Shown here: positions 24,851 to 36,816 of the stretch, piece after piece
How positions within the stretch are numbered: position 1 is the stretch's first letter
How the letters are laid out: every line of letters begins with the position of its first letter
Source: Anthoceros angustus
Lineage: Eukaryota > Plantae > Anthocerotophyta
Direction: 5' to 3'
DNA length: 64,000 bases
Assembly: GCA_010909165.1 (NCBI GenBank)
Contig: MU008203.1
Coordinates: 124,001-188,000 of the forward strand
The notes under the pieces: model-generated
What the model saw: only the letters and a program-made list of their open reading frames with translations
The model's database searches: none
What the model was told of the DNA's origin: nothing
Translations under genes and position numbers: made by a program

Positions 24851-25862
24851 AGAGAGAGAGTCCGCCCCCAAGTCCCCCTTCTGTCTACGGACTGCATAAG
24901 ATACCGCGATAGCCCATATTGCAGAGTGGGGGTACCAGTGTGCATTTAAGTTTGTTCAAAGTGGACTAGCGGAGAGAAGGACCGTACCGAACTCGGGACC
25001 CTTTAGTGTGATGCCGTGTGGCGCTGCGTAGAATGCGGTTTTGTAGAGCGCGCACGCACATGGCGCAAGTCCATGCATGGATGTACATGGTTAGACAATT
25101 TAGTCAATCCTACTTCGAACTCTTGTTGGAGTGTCTTACTTCTTTGCGATGGAGGATGCTATTCATATAGTAATTGCAAGGGCTTGCGAGGGATAGATTG
25201 CTCGGCTATTACACACCAACATTTGCAAGGTATGTGAAATCGGTGAGCCAAATCAGACAGGCCACGGCCATCCCACCGAGAGATAACCATGTGCACTTGT
25301 GGGTGAAAGGAGGAGGGTCCAGCGGCGTGAATGAATCATTAAAGAAACCTACCCCTAACAATATCTATTCATGTGTGGATTCTTGACGAAGTTGTATTAG
25401 TCCATATAGAATATGGGTCAATTTCTTTGTTTGCTGCGAAGCTCCACCGCCACTGGCACACTAGGCACTTCCATGTTGAGGGGATCGTAATCACCTAGCC
25501 ATCATGCACCCTTGAAGTTCACACATGCATAACTAAGACCTAGTGTCCCACATGACTTGTCACTCCATTTGACAAACTCAAATTACACTAGGGCACACAG
25601 TGGTTGTCACTTAGCGAATTTGTCCGGCTTGCTCCGGCGACAGCCACGCCATGTCGAACCCGATGGTGGATGTGGTGGATTCGGAGCCCGAGGATGAGGA
25701 TATGATGGAGGAAGATGAACCTATGAAAGACGCATACTCGGCGCCTAAGCTAATGTCTACCATCAGCTGAGGTGGAGAAGATTTTGAAAGTAGAGCCTCG
25801 GAGCGATCCCGCAGAAGGACTAAGGGTTGTGGTTTCTGTGAACAAATTGACCTCTCTCTCTG

Positions 25863-26671
25863 CACTACAAGAGGAGTAGGGCTAGGAGCATTTGAACGGT
25901 TGTAAAAACATACAACAATTCTATAACTTTTATAAAAGTTTACAATTGGGGGAGAGTAGTTGACACGATGCTTATGTGGATTTACTTAGTGGGGGAAATA
26001 GCTGATGTAGCTTTACTTGACGTGATAAATTAGCAGCAGTGTTGCAACTACAATTGTAAAATATTGGAGAGATATTTTCACTTAAAATAAGATATATTTT
26101 TTAAAACTATATTGACTTGGATAATTCTAATAATTATGATATGGCCCTTATAATAATGGGCTTGTGTATTTAATTGAACATTATGTTGTAAATTAGATGA
26201 TGTGGCAACACGTTGCAAATGCCATTGTAAAATTTTGGGAAGATATTATTTACTTAAATTAGGAAATTTATTTTCAAATTATTTATTGAGGTAAATAATT
26301 CTACTACTCATGATATGGTCCCTTATTATAATGGGCTTGTAGATTACCTTTTACATTCTGTTGTAAATAGGATGACGTGGCACAACTTTGCAAATGACGT
26401 TGTAAAATTTTGGAAAGATATTATTAACTTAAATTAGGAAATTTATTTTATTATTTTATTATTTTCATGGATAATCATAATATTTATGATATGGTCCCTT
26501 ATAATAATGGGCTTATAGGCACGTTATTCATTCTGCTGTAAATAGGGTGATGTTGCAAAATTTCAGGAAAATATTATTCACTTAAATTTGGAATTATTTT
26601 AATTTTTTTTATTGAGGTGCATAATTCCAATATATATGATATGGTCCTTATAATAATGGGCTTGTAGATTG
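25863..26671. mobile_element. ~810-bp AT-rich insertion in Y14 exon 1, built largely of ~170-bp diverged tandem repeats (x4); possible non-autonomous CACTA derivative
   Basis: Interrupts Y14-homologous coding sequence; starts CACTACAAG and ends CTTGTAGATTG; motif gatatgg(c/t)ccttataataatgggctt at ~26138, 26312, 26487, 26639. Confidence 0.55.
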
Positions 26672-27038
26672 CAGGCGATATGGCTCGAGGGAATTTGATT
26701 ATGTGGAGCCCGGCGAGGGTCCGGGGCCAATTAGTGTATGTCTGCCTATTGCTTTGTATAACCCAGGAGCTTTCGCATGGACTCTGGGACCCTCGTGTGT
26801 GTGTTATTTGGTTCCGTTATAGATACGTGGGAGGTTGTGGTAGGGTTTCTTGGTAGGGGACATTCGGATGGGGTTCTAGATTGAATATTTCCTTGAATTG
26901 TGCCTGCAGTTGTTTAAGGGTAGATAATTTTGGTGAGGAGGCCCAAGAGGATGAGCTCTGTGAGTTGTTCGCTGAGTACAGGGAGGTCAAGAACTTGGAT
27001 CAAAGGGCTGGATTTGTGAAGGTGAGTGCATCGTTTTG

Positions 27039-27486
27039 AAAGTTGATACATGTGTCTTATATGGTTTGCTTGCTAGATCTGCTTCAACTTGTCTGATGTG
27101 CTGTGTGTTTCTGGGTATGCTGTCATAGAGTATGAATTGAGAAAAGAAGCATACGCTGCAATCGACAATTTAAGCGGACAAGCTCTGAAAGTTGATACAT
27201 GTGTCTTATATGGTTTGCTTGCTAGATCTGCTTCAACTTGTCTGATGTGCTGTGTGTTTCTGGGTATGCTGTCATAGAGTATGAATCGAGAAAAGAAGCA
27301 TACGCTGCAATCGACAATTTAAGCGGACAAGCTCTGAAAGTTGATACATGTGTCTTATATGGTTTGCTTGCTAGATCTGCTTCAACTTGTCTGATGTGCT
27401 GTGTGTTTCTGGGTATGCTGTCATAGAGTATGAATCGAGAAAAGAAGCATACGCTGCAATCGACAATTTAAGCGGACAAGCTCTTG
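27039..27486. repeat. Near-perfect 149-bp tandem triplication covering an intron end plus a Y14 RRM exon
   Basis: Units start aaagttgatacatg at ~27039, 27188, 27337; ORF track shows three near-identical peptides. Confidence 0.95.
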
Positions 27487-27555
27487 GCCAAAACATCTCT
27501 GTTAATTGGGCATCCAGTCAGGGACCTTTGAATCAACGTAGTGCTAGGAGGAGGC

Positions 27556-27913
27556 TGTTAGGAAAAGAGTTGAGGCTTTATTGAGAGGGAACACAACACA
27601 CTCATTCAATATGGGTTATATGGACTAGGCACACTAGGTACTAGTACACAAGCACACTTGCACACTTCACACCCCACACCTATGTGGACTTGGCCTTATA
27701 TAGTCCTTAGCCTTGAATCCTGTTGGTCACTTGACTTGCTCTGGTCACTTGACTTGCCCTTTACTCTTGGGCTTTCTAGAAGATATTCGTTAGAAAATAC
27801 TTGATTTTTCTAGAAAGTATACAAGTTTGTTATTTTTAGGGCACCCTTCATACCCTATATTTTTAGGGCACTATTCATAATATATTTTGCGGTTTGTGAG
27901 ATTTTGCGGTACA
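27556..27913. mobile_element. Probable solo LTR (358 bp)
   Basis: TGT...ACA termini; flanks GAGGC (27551-27555) and GAGGG (27914-27918) form a 5-bp TSD with one mismatch; TATA-like ctatataagg on the minus strand; truncates the Y14 3' end. Confidence 0.45.
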
Positions 27914-28556
27914 GAGGGCAATGGGAGTTCTCTCATCAGGAGGATGGAGTGATTGGCAGTGGAATCGGCCTGATTACATTGCAGGACAGAAGCTGCAGCA
28001 TTTCGAGGCATAAGATGGACATGTTTCAAGAGGCATGGCAGATTGGATGGCTATCGTCCCCGGAGGAATGTGAGCTCGTTCATTATCCGTGACAGTTGTT
28101 GCAGGAGACATGGCAGATTGGGTGGCTATCCCTTCCGGATGGAGGAATGTGGGCTTGTTCGTTATCCGTGACAGATGTTGCCTAGGGTTGTTGAGAAGTG
28201 CTATTCTGCCCCTCCACTAATCATCGTGCTTGGGTGTTACTTGACTGGTGTTGAGAGTCGCTTTGAGGCTTGTGTAGTGTGCGCGTGTTGCGGGGGATAC
28301 TTGTGTTGCTCGAGGTTGCATTTCGAGTCTGGGGGCTGAGGTCCTGAGGAGCATCCCATACCGGCGATACACACACACGTACGTACATGCCCACCGCACA
28401 TGTTGGCATCTCAAAATGCCTGAATGCGATGGCGATAGCCCTAAGAACTTTCGTAGATTGTTTGTCTGCGCACGTTGAAAGACTTAAAGGGTACGAGTAC
28501 CCAGGCAACCCGAATAACACCTTACACCATAAAGCGTACGGGAGATGCAATGTCCC

Positions 28557-29681
28557 TCATCCACCTGCTTCTGCAGTCTGCTGTCTGATTTCCATATCAG
28601 CTTGCCTGAGGAAATCATCCCAAGCACTACCAGGGCCCGTCTCCACAAAATCGAAGGGCACCCCACTGCATGATCTCACGCCTGGTCGCACCAGGCCCTC
28701 GCTCATTACAATCCTAAAGTCTACCCTACTCCCTGCCTTTGCCATTTTCTCCTTGATGTCCAAGTTTTGCATGAGTTCTAAAGCATCCCCAGGATCAAGC
28801 CTGTCCACTCCCACGTCTAAAGCCCGTCCACCATCACACGCAGGTTCACAGTTTTGCACATAGTGCTGGTAATTCTCCTCCAGTTCCTCCCAGGAGAAGA
28901 GCAGGGGCAAGGTGGACCCGCCCCAGGGGTTGAAGTCTATCAGCTTCACTCTCAAATCCTTGAGCACATAGCAGTCGAAGGTGTAATCCTCTGCTCCAAA
29001 TCGGGACCTCACAGTATCCTCAAAGAACTGTACTACCGCAATCTCCAGTTCCCGCTTGCTCTCCACCAGGGAAGGGTAGAATCCGGTGACCTCCCTCTGG
29101 GACACACCGACCAGCAGGCCCCGCCTGACGAAGCACCGGAACTCCATCTCCGGCCGCAGGTCGTACCACTTCCTGAGGGCCAGGTAGAAGGTGGCGGGCC
29201 TGTCCCTGCTCCGATCCTCGCACGAATCGAAGGCGTGCTTTAGGTCGTACGCTATGCTGTCGGAAGCCTTGAGCAGCAGGCTGATCTCCCCGAAGTTGCT
29301 GCACCTCAGGCTCCCCGAGGAGCTGATCCAGGCAGCATCGCTGGGAGCGCTCCAGTTGAGCTTAGGGAAGACCTGCCCTCCCAGAGCCTTGATGCACGCC
29401 GCTACCTCCTGCTCCAGCGCCGGGAACGACGGCGCATCCGCCTCTTCCTGCTCCCCGTCCTCCTCCTCCCAGTGCTGGTAGTCCTCCGCCTGCAGCTCGG
29501 GGCACGAGACCTTCGTCCGTGCCGGCATAGCTTCACTGGAGCTCGGCAGGAACAGGCCGTCCCGCTGCAGGTAGGCCACGAATTCCTCCGGCAGCTCCAC
29601 TAGCCTCGTCCTGGTGGATGCCTGCCGGAACCGCGGGTACCAGTCGTGAATCTGGCATCGGAGCACATCTTCCTCCTTCAT
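28557..29681 (-). CDS. CDC123: Cell division cycle protein 123 homolog (D123, eIF2 assembly factor), intronless
   Basis: MKEEDVLRCQIHDWYPRF, FPKLNWSAPSDAAWI, LLLKASD, LALRKWYDLRPEMEFRCFVR, YTFDCYV..LIDFNPWGGSTLPLLFSWEEL. Confidence 0.96.
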   Translation of the reverse strand: MKEEDVLRCQIHDWYPRFRQASTRTRLVELPEEFVAYLQRDGLFLPSSSEAMPARTKVSCPELQAEDYQHWEEEDGEQEEADAPSFPALEQEVAACIKALGGQVFPKLNWSAPSDAAWISSSGSLRCSNFGEISLLLKASDSIAYDLKHAFDSCEDRSRDRPATFYLALRKWYDLRPEMEFRCFVRRGLLVGVSQREVTGFYPSLVESKRELEIAVVQFFEDTVRSRFGAEDYTFDCYVLKDLRVKLIDFNPWGGSTLPLLFSWEELEENYQHYVQNCEPACDGGRALDVGVDRLDPGDALELMQNLDIKEKMAKAGSRVDFRIVMSEGLVRPGVRSCSGVPFDFVETGPGSAWDDFLRQADMEIRQQTAEAGG

Positions 29682-30629
29682 CGCTGCCGCGGCCCGCCGA
29701 GGTCAATCAGTCGTCCTTGCCTTCGCGTCCTTCCTTTGTTCCAAACCTACTCCTTGCCGATCTGCTCTTCCGTAGCTCAGCACCGTCAAGAGCTGAGGAA
29801 AAACCAGGGTTAAGAAGAGCCATGAAATCCACCATCGGTGCCAGCAGGATGTTACGGCTGTCCAGAAGGACCTGCTCACAACGAGGATGGTTTCTGAAGG
29901 CAATCCATAACAAGATTTCCTGCTCGAATGAGGTAGGACCAAGGAGCAACGTATGATGTGTTTAGGGTTCTCGAGAATCCTTGGCATGGTGCGTTCCATG
30001 ACTGCTTCTGATTTTCAACACTGTGGAAGACACTCGAGGCTTGCATTCTTGCGTCTTGTGACGAGATAGGCTGGGTGGACGGGGAAGGTTTGGGGACTGA
30101 CTGAGCAGATTGGGACACAACATCGTGAATGAGGAAGACATTGCTCTCAACTTACAACTTTGGTTGTCAAGTGCTCAAGTTTTGGACGAAGACGTTCGAA
30201 GAGGACAGCCATCCATGACCTCCTAGTCAAGAATGGCTGACTGTCCAGAGACATCTCATCACCACGTACATACTACATAATGCCAGGTCGTCCATTTCTT
30301 GATTATCCAGGACCGAAAGCTTTTGAGTGAATGGCATAAACGTGGTGGCAAATTTTCAATTCTGTGAGGTGTCACGATCGAAAAAAACGGATATTCCCTG
30401 CAGCAGCAAATGTGATGCTCCCACGCAGGCAAAACTGCGGGCATGTCGCAAGGACCTTCGGCGAGCATGACGAAAATGCTATGGCGCGCCGCGTGGCCAG
30501 ATAGCATTGCTCTCCAGACTCTTCCCCTGCTGGCATCGGATTTGAGGAGCCTCGCAAACTCTATCCTCTCGTGAGCGATTTAAGCCACGGGTTCCCACTG
30601 TCCCGCAGATTGTCGATCTTCCCTCAGCT

Positions 30630-31095
30630 ATGGCGTCACTCACCGCTGCCTCCGCTTCTGTTGCCGCCTCCGCCAGCTCTTTGGCCGGGGTATGCATCGG
30701 CAAGGCTACATCCGCCAATGTCGTCTCCGTGAAGGTAAGTACAATGCGCCGCGCAATTGCTTGTATCTGATCCCGCTTTTCTTTCGATGCTCTAAGCTGA
30801 CGTCCACACCAACTGCTACGTAGGTGAATCAATTTGCTAATAACCGATCTGCTGGTGACCTGTGTGAACGCAGATGGCACCTGTGAGGTGCTCGGCTGCG
30901 GAGCAGAAGGCCGAAAGTGAGGGCATGCAGAGGAGGAAGATGGTTACCCTCGCTGCCGCTGGCGTGTTGGCAGCTCTGGCGTCCACCACGGGAGCTGCTA
31001 ATGCCGAAGAGCCTAAGCCCGGAACTAAGGAAGCCTTGAAGAAGTACGCCAACATCTGCGTTGCCCAGCCTACTGCCTCGATCTGCCACGGCTAG
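30630..31095 (+). CDS. PSBT: Photosystem II 5 kDa protein (nuclear PsbTn); exons 30630-30734 and 30874-31095
   Basis: Ser/Ala-rich transit peptide, RRKM twin-arginine-like thylakoid signal ending AGAANA, mature EEPKPGTKEALKKYANICVAQPTASICHG. Confidence 0.93.
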
Positions 31096-31652
31096 AGCTT
31101 CATGCTTGCTAGTTCAAGAGATGCTGTTGACAGTTCCCTTCTGTATACGTAGTTCCCTTCTGTATTCTAGCTCTGGATTGCCAATGGTGACCGTTCAGGC
31201 ACGATTGTGAATCTACTTCCCTCCTGCGGAAATCAATCCTCTGTAATCACATATCATGGAATTTCTTGAATGCTGGTTGATCCTCGAACTGTGACATTGG
31301 TGACAAAGTTTCCGAGAAAGTAAATCATGCAGCAAGCTTGTCACTCCCCTCGCGTCAACATCTTCTCATGTTGGACAACAACCTACTCTGCCAAACGCAT
31401 GATCCGGTCTTTTGGGGGAAGGCCTTGTTCTTGTGGTCCGGCACTCAGAATACCGATAATTGCCTCCAGTCGAAGGTGGAAAAAAATGACAAGTCCGTAT
31501 GTTATTTACTCACCTTGCACACATAGCCCAATGAATGTACGCTGTCAACACTCTAAGTATCATCGACGGTGTCCAGTACTCAGAGATCCCACATGGTCAC
31601 AAAGTCTGAACAGCGAAAGAGGATGAATAACATTACATGTGTTCATGTACAT

Positions 31653-34183
31653 TCAGGTGGGGAGAGGAATCGGCAATTCGCTCTGGAAGCTCTCAAGCCA
31701 TACGTATAGGGCAAGGACGAAAAGAAAAGCCTGGATGGTCAGACGCCATCCGAAATTCCACGCCCTATTCTGGCAAGTGATTATCTCTCCCATCTCCTGG
31801 GAGATTTCCCGGGATGATTCCAGTTGCTCGACTTGCTTTCTCAGCGCAAGAACCTTTGATTCTAAAGCACATCTTAATTTCTCACCTTCCCTTAACTGGT
31901 CCCCGAGCAACTGCTTCTGTTCTTCTAAAAGCTTATTTCTATCCGCTCCACTGTGCCTCCACTCGGATATGAGACCTTCTTGGTTGCAGCCTTGGGAGGA
32001 GGTAAGACTGGCTTCAATTTCAAGACCTACCTGGTGCTGGACCTCAAGTTTAGAATCCATGAGTGCTTGCAAATCCTTCCACTTCTTCTCAAAGGAGTCA
32101 CTCTGATAACTCAGCTCCTTCAACTTCATGGCCTGCTCGGCACATAAATCACTCAGTCGCTCCGACTGCTGCTCCGCAGCCAGTCTGTTTTTCTCTTCCT
32201 GTTGCAAATTTTCCTGAAACCAATCCAAAGTTTGCCGCATCTCATTTACTTGATCGGCGTACAAAGCCAGCTGGCTACCAGGCTCTTGGGTTCTGTCCAC
32301 AGTACTCTCTCGAGGATGCTCCTTCCTCCTGTTTGCAGCTGAAAACTGCAGGCGGCCAAAGTCAGACATCATCGCAGTCATTTTGTCATCCTCGCGAGTG
32401 TGACGGCTACTGCAACCTTTCTCCTCCTCTTCATCATGAGTAGTTAGGGAACATGTAGCATCCTCTTCTTCTGCCAGACACATCAGGCATCTCAGAAATG
32501 AACAAGCGAAAAATTCACAAGGAGCTATACGCAATCTCCTCCACGCAATGAAAGCATACCTTCTTGATCTTCAGTCTCAGAGAGACAAGCATTCAGCAAT
32601 GGACTGTTGTAACCTCCGGTGTTTCTGCCTGGACTTCCCGCTTCAGATTCCATGGCGAGGTCTTCTGCCTCACTGCTGTCATCCTCATCGTCAGTTGTCA
32701 GAGCAAACGATTCTGAAAGGCTTGCAGACTCCACCTCGTCATCATCGCTGTCAGTGTCCTCAACATCAACAACACTGATGTCGACAGGCTCACACACAAA
32801 CTCGTCATCAATAAACACAGCGTCTTCCTCTTCCTCATCCTCTACCAATTTCACATTTTCCACAGAGACCTCCTCACAGGGTACAGTATCCGTGTTTTCT
32901 GTAATAGAGCTTTTAGAGCAGGAGCTGACGAGCATGTCACTGGACTCAACATGCTCGAAGTCAATCTTCTTGACAACTGAGCCGACATCCTCCCTGCCCA
33001 CAGAATAATTCATAATTACGCCACCTGCTGCAGCACCGCTATCCTGCTCCCAGTCAAATGACAGTTCTCCCTGACCGGGGGTTGGCTCGCAGCTTTCCTC
33101 TGTTCCTTCGGAAAGATCCCTTACATTCAAAACGGACAACGGACTGGACTCCAGCGCTGAGGAAGTACGGACAGAACTAGTATCGGTCCCCAGCATCGAA
33201 TCACCCAACGAAATCTGAGAAGGACTGCACAAGCTACCCTCAACAGCATCAACCTGAAGGGACGCTAAATCCTCTTTAGACAGCTGAGGCAAAGACGTGG
33301 CCACCTCAACCCGCACATCCCTCCTGCGAGGGCCCCTTTCCAGCTTCTTGGTTTCCCCGTGAAATCGCTCCGTTTCAGCGAGCACCACCATACTTCTCTG
33401 CCGCTTGCGAGATTTAGGGTTTGTTTGAGGACTCCCTGCTGGGGTCACTTGGACTGCCTCTCGAATCTTCCTAGCCACCCTAGGAAAACGGACACATCCA
33501 GCGGCCAAGTCCTTGTTCAAAACCTCTGTATCACTGTTACAGGCAACCTTAGACTGGCCTCCCCCTTCGCTAAAATACGGAATCCCTTTCCCGGTTATGG
33601 AAATCCTATTCCTGGTTATGGAAGTTCTATTTCTTTCCAAACTAGCATGCCGGGACAGCAGAGCCGCATTGGAGGCCCGTGCCATGCCATCAAAGTTTTT
33701 GATAAGTTTTCCCAGTCTCTCCATATCTTTTCCCAGCGATTCCAGCTCCTGCTGCACTGCCTCCCGTTGTCTAACAGATTCCAACACTTCCTCATTCCCA
33801 ACAACCACATCACTCCCCACCACTCCATCCCCTCTGCCGTCCAATATCTGCTTATAAAGCGCCCGCTCTTTCTCCAGATGTTCCTCCAGCCTCTGGTCTT
33901 TCTCCACCTGATCCGACATCTCAGTCTTGATAAGCTCCTGCACCTGAATCAGCTCCGTCTCGAATTTCTGCAGCTCAGAATAGCCGTCGTGTCGCAGCCC
34001 CGATACCACGCACAGCAATTCTGCTTCCCGCCGGTTGAGTAGTACGAGACGCGTAGTCACATTCTTCCACTCCGACTTCAATCTCTCACGCTCTTTACGG
34101 TGTTTTTTAACTGCATCCAGTGCACTTTGAGTGCGGTGAAACAAGAACGCGGAGTCGCCTTCGCCAGGTCTCCATTCTGACAT
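31653..34183 (-). CDS. Coiled-coil, acidic, tail-anchored membrane protein ending ...SELPIPLPT (candidate KASH protein); intron 32471-32559
   Basis: ORFs 32525-34210 and 31653-32534 join in frame through an 89-bp GT-AG intron; heptad-rich N- and C-terminal segments; hydrophobic stretch LTIQAFLFVLALYVWL followed by a 13-aa tail. Confidence 0.8.
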
Positions 34184-35104
34184 CACCCGAGCTCCTGCTG
34201 CAGCCCGCACTGAGGGTGAGCATAATGACCAGACACGGGATCATGCACCACAACCATGCCCCATGCACGTCCAGGCGAGAGAGTGATCTAGCCAGCTCCC
34301 AAACCCCGGATCCCCACCACAACAGAGCAAGCAGCCACCCCCTAACAATGCACCTCGGAGACCAAGACCCGAACCGAACGCCAAGAATGCCTGCCGCAGC
34401 TCAAGAACCTCTCCAATACCATCACACTAACCAGCAACGTTACACACGACCACAAACTCTCCATGGCTGGGAACGGACAGACCCCATACCTCCTGTTCCT
34501 GTCCGTTCCCCTCTCTACTCCGCACTCGTCAGCCCGTTAACGTTCTTCCTACCGCTCAACGCGCATTCTCTGCAATCCGGCCTGCGGAAGATGTTTCAGG
34601 AGAGTACAATGCGCCTGTGGCCGTGTCGCCAAAACCCGCCACTGCCGCCGTGGAATGGCCTGCAGCAGCCCATCTGGACTGCGCACAATGGTCCCGGCGC
34701 TGTGCGCATTGCCTCCTCCGCACCAAAATTATCGAGAATATCACCCAAAAATAAAAGCGACCAAAAGTGATGTGATTTTGTGAAGGCAACGTAAGTGTCA
34801 ACAAATCTACTCCATACCTACATAAAAGCCATGTTAGATAGACATGGCAGGTATGTATGTACGTATCTTCGGGTATGTAATGTTTGTCTGGTGAAAGCAT
34901 GGATGATCGATATCGATGAGCAACACCGATGCATGCCATCTCACTAAAAAACACCGATGCATGGGAGCTGAAGGCGATTGCGTCAACAAGGCTCACTAAA
35001 ATCAGCCAGGCTGATTTTGTGGGAATTACGAAGCCTTACTGAGATCCGGGCTTTCATTTACGAGAAAGGGGAGACCATCTGTGGGGAGACTGGTCAGGCT
35101 TCCA

Positions 35105-36816
35105 ATGGAGGACAGGTACTTCAGGCTCCTCTCCTGAATGATGGCTAGCTTTGGGCGGCCGTTCTTTCTGCTCGGCTTGAAGCTGATCCGTGTTGAGACA
35201 TGTTCTGTGTAGATTCAACACTCCCCACACGGCTGCAATCGAGGTGGATGTTTTAGGGCACAGTCTTCACATTGTTCAGGTTGGGAACACAAGTTTGTCG
35301 GAGTTGTGGCTGCTATGTATGGCAGAATTGGTTGTAATTTTGTGGAGGGAACGCAGGATCCTAATTCTAAGCACCTGGGTACGACAGTGTGGGATTCTTC
35401 AGTGGTGTTCGTCAAGTTTCTGGTGTGTGGGCCACCCTAGTCATGGTTGCAGACATCCGTGGTAGCTGGGATTGATGAGGCTCTTGATGCTGTGCAGGAG
35501 AAGAACAGCAGGAAGGGGGAGTTCAGTCGTGCCAACATGACAGGGAAGAGAGTAATCGAACTTGGTGCTGGGTGTGGCCTAGCGGGACTTGGTGAGAAGG
35601 CTCTATCATAAGAGGAATACTATGCCACATGTGCAAAAGCTTCGGCCTGTGCAACTGAGAGACAAGAACCTCGATTGCTGTCAGGCATGGCTCTGCTAGG
35701 ATGCGACGTGGTGGTCACAGACCAGGTGGATGTACTACCTCTTCTTCTCAGAAACAGCGAGCGGAATTTGGCTCGAGCCAAGTACACGGCTTCTGAAAGT
35801 TCCTTCTCAGGTCTATCAACTGCAAACCGTCAAGCTCATGGCACTAGTTCCATAAGTGCACATTTGCATCTTCAGGACTCATCAGGAATTTTAGTTATCT
35901 GTGCAGGGCCTGTTGGATCGGTGGAAGTAGCAGAGCTGGATTGGGGAAACGAGCTTCAGATCGCTGCTGTCAACCCCCCATTCGACTTCATCATTGGCAC
36001 CGACGTTGTGAGAACACCTGTCTAATAAGCCTCTTCTACTAGCAGCAGCCGCAACCATGTATGTCACTAGTCTGCAGGAAGTTGTTCCTTAAAGATGTTT
36101 CAGGGCAGGCGGTACCGAAGGCAATGCTAACTGATCTCTGAATGCACACAGGTATACAAAGAACACTTGCTAGAACCTCTTTTCAAGACAGTCGATTTGC
36201 TATCGGGACCGAAAACCAAAGTCATTGTAAGCTTGATTCTTTTCGAAGAAAGTGATCTGATTGCTATATGTTCGTAGCTCATCTCTCACTCTTTCCTGGT
36301 TCCTCGCAGCTGGCTTACGAATTTCGTGCAAGTGACGTGAAAGAGAAGCTGGACAGACTTCTGAAGGAGAGGTTTTCTGTGAAGAAAGTCCAACGATCTA
36401 AGGTGAAACCTACTAAAATGCTCGTGATTGTTGTAGCCTGTAAAACCAATGCAATGCATACTTTCTGTGCAGATGGACAGCAAATATCAACATGCCAATA
36501 TCGAGCTGTACATCCTCGTCCCGCTGCCTGAGCAGGTAATCTATAAACTACTTTCGAAGGATGAGTATTCCGTAAAGTCACTGCATACTTTGCAGCATTA
36601 CGAACTTACCCACCTTTGTAGCAGGAAGTTGTAGCCGGGAGGTCAGCAGCTGCTTCTCTTCAAGCTGATTCTTGCTGTCCTATTGAATCGGACTCTGACG
36701 AACCTGTTACAGCACGTGGAATTGGGAGCCAGTGGGAGTCTCGCAGGATGGGAGCTTCTGCTGCACGGCTGCTGGCCTGTATTGAGGTCCCAGCCACGGA
36801 CACAGCTCATGATTGA
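35105..36816 (+). CDS. SAM-dependent protein-lysine methyltransferase, METTL21/family 16 type, ~9 exons
   Basis: MEDR|FNTPHTAAIEVDVLGHSLHIVQ|DPNSKHLGTTVWDSSVVFVKFL|..GKRVIELGAGCGLAGL|GMALLGCDVVVTDQ..|LDWG..FDFIIGTDV|VYKEHLLEPL..|LAYEFRA. Confidence 0.9.

Larger units (their letters stand above)
25651..27555 (+). pseudogene. RBM8A: Y14/RBM8A (exon-junction complex RRM protein) pseudogene
   Basis: MSNPMVDVVDSEPEDEDMMEED..KLMSTIS*..RRTKGCGF | RRYGSREFDYVEPGEGPGPIS | EEAQEDELCELFAEY.EVKNL..DQRAGFVK | GYAVIEYE.RKEAYAAIDNLSGQALLGQNISVNWASSQGP. Internal stop, small deletions, an insertion and an exon triplication. Confidence 0.85.

Noticed and set aside
24925-25015. Possible primer-binding site (TGGTACCC on minus strand) and tRNA-like T-arm fragment
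   Set aside because: No match to a plant tRNA 3' end that I can name, no cloverleaf, and no paired LTR identified
29703-30118. Small minus-strand ORFs upstream of CDC123
   Set aside because: No consistent frame or domain; probably UTR or intergenic sequence
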